From: Candidatus Cloacimonadales bacterium
GTDB taxonomy: Bacteria > Cloacimonadota > Cloacimonadia > Cloacimonadales > JAFGVF01
Direction: 5' to 3'
Assembly (NCBI GenBank): GCA_963678315.1
Contig: OY782781.1
Location: forward strand, 1,088,001-1,152,000
Length of the DNA stretch: 64,000 nucleotides
The notes beneath the pieces were generated by a model. The model had not been told where the DNA came from. It saw only the letters and a list, made by a program, of their open reading frames with translations, and did no database searches. The translations under genes and the position numbers were made by a program. This document shows positions 1 through 9,340 of the stretch, piece after piece (the stretch's first letter is position 1; the number at the start of each line of letters is the position of its first letter).

Positions 1-2
1 GT

Positions 3-221
3 GTTCTTGACCCACAAGGTAAACAAGTAATGAATTCATTACACACATTAGGTTATGATAATGTAGAGGAAGTTAGAGTTAGTAAGTTTATTGAAGTTAA
101 CTTGAAAAGCAATGATTTAAAACAAGCTGAAGTTGAAATTAATGAAATATGTAACAAGATTTTAGCAAACCCAAATACTGAAACTTACTCCTGGAATCTT
201 GAAGTAGTTGACGGGGAATAA
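3..221 (+). CDS. purS: Phosphoribosylformylglycinamidine synthase subunit PurS (5' truncated by window edge)
   Basis: Frame is open from position 3 (VLDPQGKQV...), containing the LDPQG and LANPNTE motifs; lies directly upstream of purQ. Confidence 0.9.
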   Translation, partial: VLDPQGKQVMNSLHTLGYDNVEEVRVSKFIEVNLKSNDLKQAEVEINEICNKILANPNTETYSWNLEVVDGE

Positions 222-222
222 T

Positions 223-909
223 ATGAAAATTAATGTTATTACTTTCCCTGGTTCTAATTGTGACCACGATGCTTATCATATTAGTGAAATCAGGGGACAT
301 AAAGTAGACTTTGTTTGGCATAAAGATGCAGAATTGAAATCTCCAGACTTAGTTATTATACCAGGTGGTTTCTCATATGGTGATTACTTACGTTGTGGAG
401 CAATTGCTAAATTCTCACCTATTATTAAAGCAGTGATTGACCATGCTAACAAAGGTGGTTATGTTATGGGAATCTGTAATGGCTTCCAAATACTAACTGA
501 ATCAGGCCTTTTACCTGGTGCTTTAATGATGAATGAAAGCCTTAGATTTATCTGTAAACACCAATATATTAAGCCTGTTAATACTACTTCTATATTTACA
601 AAAGGACTTGATAAAGATCTTGCTCTTGATATTCCTATTGCTCATAAAGAAGGAAACTATTTTATAGATGCTGACGGTCTTAAGATGTTACAAGATAATG
701 ATCAAATTGCTTTTAAATATTGTAATGAGAAAGGTGAAATTAGTAGAGACTTTAATCCTAATGGAGCTGTAGATAATATTGCAGGTATTCTCAACAAAGA
801 TAAAAATATCTTAGGAATGATGCCTCATCCTGAAAGAGCTAGTGAAGAGACTGTTGAATCTCAAGACGGTAAAGCAATCTTTGCTTCAATCGAGAAGTTC
901 TTTAAGTAA
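223..909 (+). CDS. purQ: FGAM synthase glutaminase subunit PurQ
   Basis: FPGSNCD, PGGFSYGDYLR, GICNGFQIL and GMMPHPER motifs; ATG at 223 follows the purS stop. Confidence 0.97.
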   Translation: MKINVITFPGSNCDHDAYHISEIRGHKVDFVWHKDAELKSPDLVIIPGGFSYGDYLRCGAIAKFSPIIKAVIDHANKGGYVMGICNGFQILTESGLLPGALMMNESLRFICKHQYIKPVNTTSIFTKGLDKDLALDIPIAHKEGNYFIDADGLKMLQDNDQIAFKYCNEKGEISRDFNPNGAVDNIAGILNKDKNILGMMPHPERASEETVESQDGKAIFASIEKFFK

Positions 910-1540
910 TCTACTTTTCCCGCCTGTTTGCATCCATTGTGGTAAGTCTATTGATAAGCAATCAGACTTCTTATGCCCTGCTTGTATTGAGAAGATTGAT
1001 TTTTCTTATCCCTTGTTAGAGAAAGCCGATTTGGATGTAGCTTACGATTATCTTATAAGCGTTTGTTGTTATAGAAAAGTTGTTGTATCAATAGTTCATG
1101 AGCTTAAATACTACGGATTATCCTCAATTAGTCGCTTTATCGCTAAGCTAATGTATGATAGGATATTTGAAAGTAATTTAAATCTTGACTTTGATATAAT
1201 AACAACTGTACCCTTGCATTTTGTGAAAGAGAAAGAACGTGGTTATAATCAAGCATCATTGATTGCCAAGGACTTAGCCTCTTTATTTACTTGTGAATTT
1301 AACGGTGATATTCTAAAAAGAACTAGTTATACAACATCACAAGCAACTCTTGAACATGATGAAAGACTTAAAAATCTAAAAAATGCTTTTAAGTTAAAGA
1401 AAAATATTGACTTAAATAATAAAACTATAGTTTTGTTAGATGATGTATTCACAACAGGAACTACTGTTAATGAATGCTGTAGGGAGCTTAGAAAAGCTAA
1501 CCCTAAAAAAATAATTATACTTACATTAGGAAGAGCGTGA
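842..1540 (+). CDS. comF: ComF-family double zinc-ribbon phosphoribosyltransferase-like protein
   Basis: LLFPPVCIHC..LCPAC, VPLH..ERGYNQA and LLDDVFTTGTT motifs; start codon uncertain. Confidence 0.88.
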   Translation: MKRLLNLKTVKQSLLQSRSSLSNLLFPPVCIHCGKSIDKQSDFLCPACIEKIDFSYPLLEKADLDVAYDYLISVCCYRKVVVSIVHELKYYGLSSISRFIAKLMYDRIFESNLNLDFDIITTVPLHFVKEKERGYNQASLIAKDLASLFTCEFNGDILKRTSYTTSQATLEHDERLKNLKNAFKLKKNIDLNNKTIVLLDDVFTTGTTVNECCRELRKANPKKIIILTLGRA

Positions 1541-1908
1541 AAGACCTTATAGTTAATATACCAGAAGAAAGAGCAGTTGAACTCATTGAGAAGGCTGCCC
1601 GATTTATTGTAGAAAGAAACATGGCAGCTCCTGCACTTATTGCTACGGAGATGTTCATGCCTTTAAATCATATTGGAAGCCAACTTATGTATTTTGTGCT
1701 TCCGGTTGCTGAATTCATTTTTGACTCTAAGTCTTATCAAGAATTTGCTGCCTTGATTGAAGAGGATAGATATATGAAGATGCTCTCCAAACGTATTGAT
1801 GAATTAGATTTAGAACTTTATAAAGATAAATATAAAAAAAGAAGACAAAAGAAGATGCAAAGAAGAAAGAGACTTCGTAAAATCTTCTTGTTCTGGAAAA
1901 AAGATTAG
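1537..1908 (+). CDS. Hypothetical protein with basic C-terminus
   Basis: 123-aa ORF whose start overlaps the comF stop (GTGA); lies within the operon. Confidence 0.7.
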   Translation: MKDLIVNIPEERAVELIEKAARFIVERNMAAPALIATEMFMPLNHIGSQLMYFVLPVAEFIFDSKSYQEFAALIEEDRYMKMLSKRIDELDLELYKDKYKKRRQKKMQRRKRLRKIFLFWKKD

Positions 1909-1919
1909 AATTATTATAA

Positions 1920-3797
1920 ATGGAGGAAAGAATGCAGTACGCGAAAGAAAAATTGACTCGTATTATCGCAACAGACTGTGGTTCGACTACTACTAAAGCT
2001 ATCATGATAGAATATGTAGATGGTGAATACCGTCAAACTGTTCGTGGTGAAGCTCCAACAACTGTGGAAGCTCCCCTAAATGATGTTACTCGTGGTGTAC
2101 TTAATGCTGTAACTGAGCTTCAAGAATTGGCTCGTCTTAAATACAACAATCCAAATATTAAACTTATTGAGGATAACAAGTTAATCATTCCTAAGAATGG
2201 TGACATTGGTTCAGATGCTTATGTTTCTACATCATCTGCTGGTGGTGGTCTTCAAATGATGGTTACTGGTGTTGTTGCTAAAATGACTGGTGAATCTGCT
2301 GAACGTGCGGCTCTTGGTGCTGGTGCTATCGTTATGGATCTTATAGCTAGTAATGATACAAGAATGGACCATGAAAAAATTGAAAGAATTAGACAGTTAC
2401 GTCCTGATATGATCCTTATGGCTGGTCATACAGATAATGCTACTAGTAATAAGCATGTTGTTGAAATGGCTGAGTTGGTTGGTGCTGCAGACCCTAAACC
2501 TCGTTTAGGCTCAAGTTATAAACTTCCTGTTATCTATGCAGGTACTAAACAAGCTCATGAAGAAATCAAAGCTACATTAGGTGAAAAAGTTGACTTGATG
2601 ATTACTGATAACTTAAGACCTACTCTTGAAGCTGAAAACCTCGGACCTGCTCGTGATGAAATTCATGAAATCTTCATGGAACACGTTATGCAGCAAGCTC
2701 CTGGTTATAACAAGCTTATGGCATGGACAGTTGGTCCAGATTTAAAACCTGTTCCAATTATGCCTACACCTGCTGCTGTGGGTAACATTATGCAAACTAT
2801 TGCTAAACAAGAGAACATCGAGGTTCTTGGTGTTGATATCGGTGGTGCTACAACTGACGTATTCTCAGTGTTCACTAAAGACTTCATCTTCAACAGAACT
2901 GTGTCTGCTAACTTAGGTATGAGTTATAGTATCTCAAATGTTTTAGCTTCTGCTGGACTTGATAACATTCTCCGTTGGGTTCCTTTCGATATCGATGTGA
3001 AAGAACTTAGAAACATGATTAAGAATAAGATGATTCGTCCAACTACTATCCCTGCTCTTTTCCAAGAACTTGTTTTAGAACAAGCTATTGCTAAAGAAGC
3101 TCTTAGATTGGCTTTCATCCAACATAAAGAATTTGCTGTATCTCTTAAAGGTACTCAAAAGAACACTGATATCTCTGAAGCATTCTCTCAATCAGAATCT
3201 GGAGATACTATTGTTAATATGACTACTCTTGACCTTCTTGTTGGTTCAGGTGGTGTGCTTTCTCACGCTCCTAGAAGAAACCAAACTATGATGATGCTAA
3301 TCGATGCTTTCTTACCTGAAGGTGTTACTAGATTAGCTGTGGACTCTATCTTTATGATGCCTCATCTTGGTGTTCTTGCTGAAATCAATGCAGAAGCTGC
3401 TACAGAAGTGTTCAATAAAGACTGTATGATTTACTTAGGTTCATGTGTTGCTCCTATTGGTAAATGCAAAGAAGGTAAGATTGCCCTAGAAGCTGAAATA
3501 ACTCTTCCAGACGGTACAAAATTCAATGAACAAATCCCATTTGGTGAAGTTAGACTTTTACCATGTGGAATTGGTCAAAAAGCTAAAGCTAAATTAAAAC
3601 CTGGTAGAGGTCTTGATTTAGGTGCTGGTAAAAACCAAGAACTTGATACAGAACTCATGGGTGGAGCTGTTGGTATCGTACTTGATACTCGTGGAAGACG
3701 TCCATTTGTGTTACCTGTTGAAACTAGCGAACGTGTTCCTCGTCTCCTTAAATGGATGAAAGAATTCGACGCATATCCACAAGAACTGTTGAAATAG
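1920..3797 (+). CDS. Glutamate mutase L (GlmL/MutL-like) actin-fold ATPase
   Basis: ATDCGSTTTK, SSAGGGLQM, MPTPAAVG, GVDIGGATTDVFS and RTVSANLGMSYS motifs. Confidence 0.85.
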   Translation: MEERMQYAKEKLTRIIATDCGSTTTKAIMIEYVDGEYRQTVRGEAPTTVEAPLNDVTRGVLNAVTELQELARLKYNNPNIKLIEDNKLIIPKNGDIGSDAYVSTSSAGGGLQMMVTGVVAKMTGESAERAALGAGAIVMDLIASNDTRMDHEKIERIRQLRPDMILMAGHTDNATSNKHVVEMAELVGAADPKPRLGSSYKLPVIYAGTKQAHEEIKATLGEKVDLMITDNLRPTLEAENLGPARDEIHEIFMEHVMQQAPGYNKLMAWTVGPDLKPVPIMPTPAAVGNIMQTIAKQENIEVLGVDIGGATTDVFSVFTKDFIFNRTVSANLGMSYSISNVLASAGLDNILRWVPFDIDVKELRNMIKNKMIRPTTIPALFQELVLEQAIAKEALRLAFIQHKEFAVSLKGTQKNTDISEAFSQSESGDTIVNMTTLDLLVGSGGVLSHAPRRNQTMMMLIDAFLPEGVTRLAVDSIFMMPHLGVLAEINAEAATEVFNKDCMIYLGSCVAPIGKCKEGKIALEAEITLPDGTKFNEQIPFGEVRLLPCGIGQKAKAKLKPGRGLDLGAGKNQELDTELMGGAVGIVLDTRGRRPFVLPVETSERVPRLLKWMKEFDAYPQELLK

Positions 3798-3808
3798 GAG
3801 GAATTAGA

Positions 3809-4942
3809 ATGGCACAAGCATATTCAGCTGGATTGACAGTTACAGATAATATTGTTTTAAAAAAAGATAGAATTTTACCTCTTAAAGGTAAAGTATTAGT
3901 TAAAAAAGGTGATAAAGTTAAAGCAGAACAGTTTGTTGCTGAAACTTTCTTACCTGGTAATGTTGTTCCTTTTAAGGTTGCTAATAAATTAGGTGTTACA
4001 CCTCAAATGTTAACTCAATTCTTAAAAGTTAAAGCAGGTGACATAATTAAGAAAGGGCAAATTATTGCAGAGACAAAAGGTCTTTTCGGAACAGGTTTAT
4101 TTAAAGCTTCAGTTAAATCACCAATAGAAGGTGAAGTAGAAAGTATCTCTTCTGCTACTGGTAATGCAGTTCTTAGAGAACCAAGAATACCTGTTCAAAT
4201 TAAAGCTTTTATCGATGGTATTGTTACAGAAGTTATACCTGATGAAGGTGTTGTAATTGAAAATAGATCTGCTTATATCCAAGGCATTTTCGGGCTTGCA
4301 GGTGAAACTACTGGTGAGATCAAAGTTCTTGCTAAATCACCAGAAGATCACTTAGAACCATCAATGATAACTCCAGATTGTAAAGGTAAAATCATTGTTG
4401 CTGGTGCTCTTTGCCCACTCGAATCAATCATGAAAGCAAAAGAAGTTGGTGTTTCAGCTATCGTTGCTGGTGGTGTTGATGACCAAGATCTTAAAAAGAT
4501 GCTAGGTTACGATATTGGTGTGGCTATTACAGGTCATGAAAAAATAGGTGTAACTATCGTTGCTACTGAAGGTTTCGGTCCTATCAATATGGCTCATAAT
4601 ACTTTTGAACTTCTCAAAAAGTTTAATGGTCATAAAGCATCTATTCACGGTAAAACTCAAATCCGTGCTGGTGTTATGAGACCTGAAATTATCATTCCTT
4701 TACCACTTGGAGAAGAAGAGCTTGTTGCTAAAGAAGCTGAAATGGCTACTCTTGAAATCGGTTCTCTTATCCGTGTTATTAGACAGCCTAACTTTGGTAA
4801 AATTGGTAGAATTACTGAATTACCAGAACCATTAACTAAAGTTGAATCAGAAACTCTTGTTCGTGTTCTTAAAGCTAAATTAGATAGCGGAGAAGAAGTT
4901 CTTATTCCTCGTGCTAATGTTGAGGTTATTGAAGAAAACTAA
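3809..4942 (+). CDS. Conserved hypothetical protein (barrel-sandwich-like repeats, C-terminal KOW-like segment), partner of the GlmL-like gene
   Basis: ATG at 3809 after GGAGG; VKKGDKV and VKAGDII repeats; C-terminal IGSLIRVIRQPNFGKIGRI. Confidence 0.7.
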   Translation: MAQAYSAGLTVTDNIVLKKDRILPLKGKVLVKKGDKVKAEQFVAETFLPGNVVPFKVANKLGVTPQMLTQFLKVKAGDIIKKGQIIAETKGLFGTGLFKASVKSPIEGEVESISSATGNAVLREPRIPVQIKAFIDGIVTEVIPDEGVVIENRSAYIQGIFGLAGETTGEIKVLAKSPEDHLEPSMITPDCKGKIIVAGALCPLESIMKAKEVGVSAIVAGGVDDQDLKKMLGYDIGVAITGHEKIGVTIVATEGFGPINMAHNTFELLKKFNGHKASIHGKTQIRAGVMRPEIIIPLPLGEEELVAKEAEMATLEIGSLIRVIRQPNFGKIGRITELPEPLTKVESETLVRVLKAKLDSGEEVLIPRANVEVIEEN

Positions 4943-4967
4943 GATTTATATAATCATAAAATATATT

Positions 4968-4997
4968 GAGAGACTAGCAATAGTCTCTCTTTTTTTT
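4968..4997 (+). terminator. Rho-independent terminator
   Basis: GAGAGACTA-gcaa-TAGTCTCTC followed by a T run. Confidence 0.85.
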
Positions 4998-5003
4998 GAT
5001 GAA

Positions 5004-5341
5004 AAGCATGGACTTACACTCCATTATCTGAGACGTTTTTCCGAACGTCTCTACAGCATCCCCAGTTTACACAAAAATTTACTTTTCTGGTTTATCCTGC
5101 AAAGTCGGAACGCCATCGTCCCTGATGGTTAAACCTACGAAAGTAGGTTATAATGAGATTTAAATATATGTTAGCATATATTTAAATACAAAAGCCAGCA
5201 CGGAGGAGGCTGGCGATCCCAGTTTGTATGGTTACACTCCCTCTTGAGACGTTTTTCCAAACGTCTCTACAAATTCACTTCTAACTCCGTCCTTACTTGC
5301 CACCTTGAAAAAAAGCCGATTTTTCAATGAGGCTAGTAAGG
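5004..5341. repeat. Cluster of orphan REP-like palindromes from several families
   Basis: GTAGAGACGTT..AACGTCTC on the minus strand (5030-5054, 5246-5270), family C copy (5193-5223), family D fragment TTACACTCC, family E copy (5281-5341). Confidence 0.75.
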
Positions 5342-5395
5342 GTGACCTATATAACAAGACAATTAGGCTGTTTCAGGGAAATATATTGAGCAATG

Positions 5396-5423
5396 AAAAA
5401 AGAGCCCAGATTATTCTAGGCTC
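5396..5423 (-). terminator. Rho-independent terminator of the C25 peptidase gene
   Basis: Minus strand GAGCCTAGA-ataa-TCTGGGCTC-TTTTTT. Confidence 0.8.
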
Positions 5424-5452
5424 AATAATTTATAATTAATGAAATAGGGCTA

Positions 5453-8400
5453 CTATTTCATAAGAATCATTTTCTTTGTAGAAGAGTATTTTCCAGATTT
5501 CATTCTGTAGAAGAATAAACCTGAAGCTACCTTTTTACCATTATCATTTTGACCATTCCAAACAACTGTATGATTACCAGCTTCCATATTTTCATTTACA
5601 AGACTTCTAACCTTTTGTCCCTTAACATTGAAGATATCAATAGAAACAGGGCCGTTTTCTTTAGTTGAGAAAACTATTCTTGTTTCTGGGTTGAATGGGT
5701 TAGGGTAATTTCCACCAAGCGTAGTTGGTGTTTCAACAAGAGATTCTTCAGCATTTGGAGTTACATTAGAAATGTTATAGTAGCCAGTTCTTTGGTAGTT
5801 ATTTCTGTAGGTAGTCCATTTAGAAGTTTCTTCATTGTAATCTACTTTTAGGTTAACTAAGCCAAGACCTTGAGTATATCCAAGGGCAATATTAAGAAAA
5901 CCATCACTATTTATATCTCCCAATGTTGCTGGAGTTTGTGAACTTAAGTTTGAATAGAAAGGATAGTTTGGAAGCATATTTCCATCATTTCCATATACAT
6001 ATATTGCATTGTTACCATCAAAACAAATAAGTTCTGGAAGTAAATCGTTGTTTACATCAGCTGACAATGGAGCAGAATAAGAGCTTGTTGACATTTGCTG
6101 AGGGAAACCATTAAAGATAGAACCATCTTCAGAAACAATATATACTTTTTTGTTTGTTGTAATAAAGGCATAATCAGCTAGATTATTATTATTAAAGTTA
6201 TTAGCAATAATATCAACAGGGTTACCATTTGTTTCAACTGAGTGTTGTAGTTGACCAGAATAATTATAAATCTTTAAACTATTTTGAGAAGCAAATGCAA
6301 AAGAGTTATTAGTTATTACAATTGAAGAATTAATGCTTTCACCAGTTTCAACAGGATAATTATCTAATTCATTAGCTTGACCATTAATGGCATGAATCTT
6401 AGAGTCTGCAGTTGTGAATACAATATCATTAGAACCATCATTATCAAGATCGGCAATAGCTAAATCATAGATAGTGAAAGCATCAAGCTGTAGAGGGAAA
6501 TTATTTAATTCTGTACCATTAAAATCAAGGGCATGTAGATATTTATCGTGGTCTATAGCCAATACTTCCATTTGACCATCGTTGTTTATATCTGCAATAA
6601 CTGGTGAAACAATAAATATATTGTTAGCTTCAAAAGTGAATAAAACATCTCCACCGATTTCTTGTAAAATTAGGTGGTTAGTTCTAGAAGTTGTAGCAAT
6701 TAGATATTGGTCATCATCTTGATAAAGAGCATAATCTCTAAAGATATTTTGTTGTTGAGCTGAGTTTTGTTCATAGATAACCTCACCATTAAAATCTAAC
6801 AATTTAATGTTTCCATAAGTATCAACATAAAGCACTTCATTAGTTCCATCATTGTTATAATCAATATAACTTGCAGATGATCTTGTACCAACACTTGATT
6901 CCCATGGGAAGTTATTTGACATTAGAGTTATGCTGAAATATTGACTGTATTTATTAAAGAAAATTGATTCGTTAGCGCTATTAAATCCTTCAACAACTAG
7001 ATTGTAGCTGAAATCATCAAAAGCTATATTTTCAGGAACTAAGAATTTGATTCTATTTGTTTCAGTTGTGGAGCTAGAACCACTATTGATAGCTCCAAGT
7101 GTTGTTTGTGCATTTAAAATCTCAAATCTATCATCTAAACCTTCTATAGAAATTTCAACACTTTCAACACCAGCCCAACCTGCTAAGTTTTCTAGAGTAA
7201 TATTAAGTTCAATAGTTTCTGTAGGGTTAATGTTTCCATCATTATCACCGATAACATCATCATATTCAACATCAGTAACATCAAGATAAGCAATTTCTGT
7301 ATTGAAGTCTTTAACAGATATAGAAGGATCTCCAAACATAACAAGTTCATAATAACACCAAAGCATAGCATTATTATCTAAAGCTGAGTCAGCATTATCA
7401 ACAAGGCAATATGAATGAGCCTTTCCAAGTTCTTTTATATCTTCTTCAAACAATGCGTCAAAGAATGAACGATCGAAGAATTGTGAAGCTCCATCAGTTG
7501 AACCAGGCCAATACCAGCCATAACGTGTGTTTCCAATGAAAGTGTGTAGTCCATGTTCTGCAATGATAAAGTGTTCCGCAACTGATTCGCTATCACCAGA
7601 AGTTCCACCACTAGTAGCTGTGTCAAAGGCAGCAGGATAGCAACCTTGAGTGAATAAGAAGCCGTATTGAGTATTAGTCAGCATTGAACTTATGCTAGAT
7701 CCATTTAGTCCACAAACAGTGTTCTCATTAGCATGGCCCATGTGATTCATGATAGTTGCACCTGAGTTGATTGCAGCCATAACTTCAGGAGAAGAAAAGT
7801 TACCATCTCTTTGGTAATTAGTTCTAATCTCATAGTCTGAAGGCATTCTATCAACTATCTCATCTTTATAATCTCCACCCCATGTAACAGGATTATTATT
7901 AAGGTTTTCACCAAACATGTTAGCAATGTTATCACCAAAATTAACATTATCTACATAAGAATATATTTTATTAAAGTAATTGTTGAATTCTGTTGGACTT
8001 TCAGCCGGTATTCTACCTACAGAAAGTTCAGGATAAAGGTCAACATCATCATTCCATTCTCCATAAACACTATTTCCGTTAGCATTCCAATCTCCATCAA
8101 GGCAACCATAATAAAGGTCACAAGGAATACTGTAATCAACGTGATCACCTACGTTTCCCCAAGCACCTCTTATAGGAATAATCTCATCGTCACCACCTAA
8201 TAGAACATATTCAAGTGGTGTGTCAGTGCTAGCCCAAGTATTGTAGGCATCAGTGATGAATCCACGGAGCATTGTTTGAAAATCATAGCCAGGATAGTAC
8301 ATTGCAATTTCTTCTAATGTATAAACTGCAGTAGGTGTATTATGGTTGTTCTTCCACTCTACAAATTCAGAAAAGATGTCTTCATGGTCTTCATCAGTTA

Positions 8401-9058
8401 AAATAATCATTTGCTTAGGTGTAGAAAGATCCATATTCTTTGGAGAAGAATAAGTTGTTTTAGAATAAGATTTAACAGCTTCTTTATTATAGAAATTACT
8501 GTTTAGCTTTTTTTCTACTAAATCAAATTTAGTAGGTAAAGTATTAGAGTTGATTTTAGCAGATTCAGAAGTAATAATTTCTATCTCAACATTCTCATAA
8601 GATTTAAGTGTCTTTTCAATTGGATTGTATTTGTAAGGATATAAGTTTATAATTGCGAAACGGTAACCATTCATTGTTTGAATACTTAGAAGTTTATAAT
8701 CATTATATGGAAAATCTTTATTATTGCTATATATATCTAAGTTCTTAGCTGTGCTTGGTACAGCATTAGAAGAAGTAGGTTGTTGTTGCAATGCATGTGG
8801 AAGCTCGATATTATTTCTAATGCTTTTAACTTCATTGAAATTTAGCTGAATTGAATCAATCGTCTCAGTAGGCTTTAGTAAGACTCTGATTGGCATATAA
8901 GGTACAAGGGGATCTCCAGGATTCATCATTAAAGGTAAATCTTTTGTGAATCTATCACCTTTTATCTTTGGTTGTTCAATCTGTAAATTTAAGTTAATAT
9001 TTCCTAAAAGGGTTAAAACAAGTGTCGTTAAGCATAGAACCAATATCAGTTTTTTCAT
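5453..9058 (-). CDS. Secreted peptidase C25 (gingipain family) with FG-GAP/VCBS-like repeats and FlgD-Ig/T9SS-type C-terminal domain
   Basis: Signal peptide; YVLLGGD, DLYY, VGRIP, HMGHAN (His), QGCYP (Cys), MFGDP; DINNDG repeats; NYPNPFNPET...KMILMK. Confidence 0.9.
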   Translation of the reverse strand: MKKLILVLCLTTLVLTLLGNINLNLQIEQPKIKGDRFTKDLPLMMNPGDPLVPYMPIRVLLKPTETIDSIQLNFNEVKSIRNNIELPHALQQQPTSSNAVPSTAKNLDIYSNNKDFPYNDYKLLSIQTMNGYRFAIINLYPYKYNPIEKTLKSYENVEIEIITSESAKINSNTLPTKFDLVEKKLNSNFYNKEAVKSYSKTTYSSPKNMDLSTPKQMIILTDEDHEDIFSEFVEWKNNHNTPTAVYTLEEIAMYYPGYDFQTMLRGFITDAYNTWASTDTPLEYVLLGGDDEIIPIRGAWGNVGDHVDYSIPCDLYYGCLDGDWNANGNSVYGEWNDDVDLYPELSVGRIPAESPTEFNNYFNKIYSYVDNVNFGDNIANMFGENLNNNPVTWGGDYKDEIVDRMPSDYEIRTNYQRDGNFSSPEVMAAINSGATIMNHMGHANENTVCGLNGSSISSMLTNTQYGFLFTQGCYPAAFDTATSGGTSGDSESVAEHFIIAEHGLHTFIGNTRYGWYWPGSTDGASQFFDRSFFDALFEEDIKELGKAHSYCLVDNADSALDNNAMLWCYYELVMFGDPSISVKDFNTEIAYLDVTDVEYDDVIGDNDGNINPTETIELNITLENLAGWAGVESVEISIEGLDDRFEILNAQTTLGAINSGSSSTTETNRIKFLVPENIAFDDFSYNLVVEGFNSANESIFFNKYSQYFSITLMSNNFPWESSVGTRSSASYIDYNNDGTNEVLYVDTYGNIKLLDFNGEVIYEQNSAQQQNIFRDYALYQDDDQYLIATTSRTNHLILQEIGGDVLFTFEANNIFIVSPVIADINNDGQMEVLAIDHDKYLHALDFNGTELNNFPLQLDAFTIYDLAIADLDNDGSNDIVFTTADSKIHAINGQANELDNYPVETGESINSSIVITNNSFAFASQNSLKIYNYSGQLQHSVETNGNPVDIIANNFNNNNLADYAFITTNKKVYIVSEDGSIFNGFPQQMSTSSYSAPLSADVNNDLLPELICFDGNNAIYVYGNDGNMLPNYPFYSNLSSQTPATLGDINSDGFLNIALGYTQGLGLVNLKVDYNEETSKWTTYRNNYQRTGYYNISNVTPNAEESLVETPTTLGGNYPNPFNPETRIVFSTKENGPVSIDIFNVKGQKVRSLVNENMEAGNHTVVWNGQNDNGKKVASGLFFYRMKSGKYSSTKKMILMK

Positions 9059-9340
9059 ACATCCTTCCTAATCTATATGTTTTCTTTATATCTTATACAA
9101 GTTGAATTTGATGTAAAGTTGTATCTAGTTAAAGTAACTATATTTATCTCCCAATTACAATAAATTCTTATCACAAAACTTAATAAGTATTTAACTAACT
9201 TAGTAATATTGGTAAGAATAGTTATAAAATGGATATAAATCACATCATCAATATCCCATAAAAATTGTCTTATTGCTTGTAAGTCAAGAAAATAATGAGT
9301 TATTTGTATGATTGTGCAAGAACTGCTGAATTACAGGTCT

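Noticed and set aside
1920..3797. DNA mismatch-repair MutL
   Set aside because: Motifs are actin-like GlmL type, not the GHKL ATPase of repair MutL
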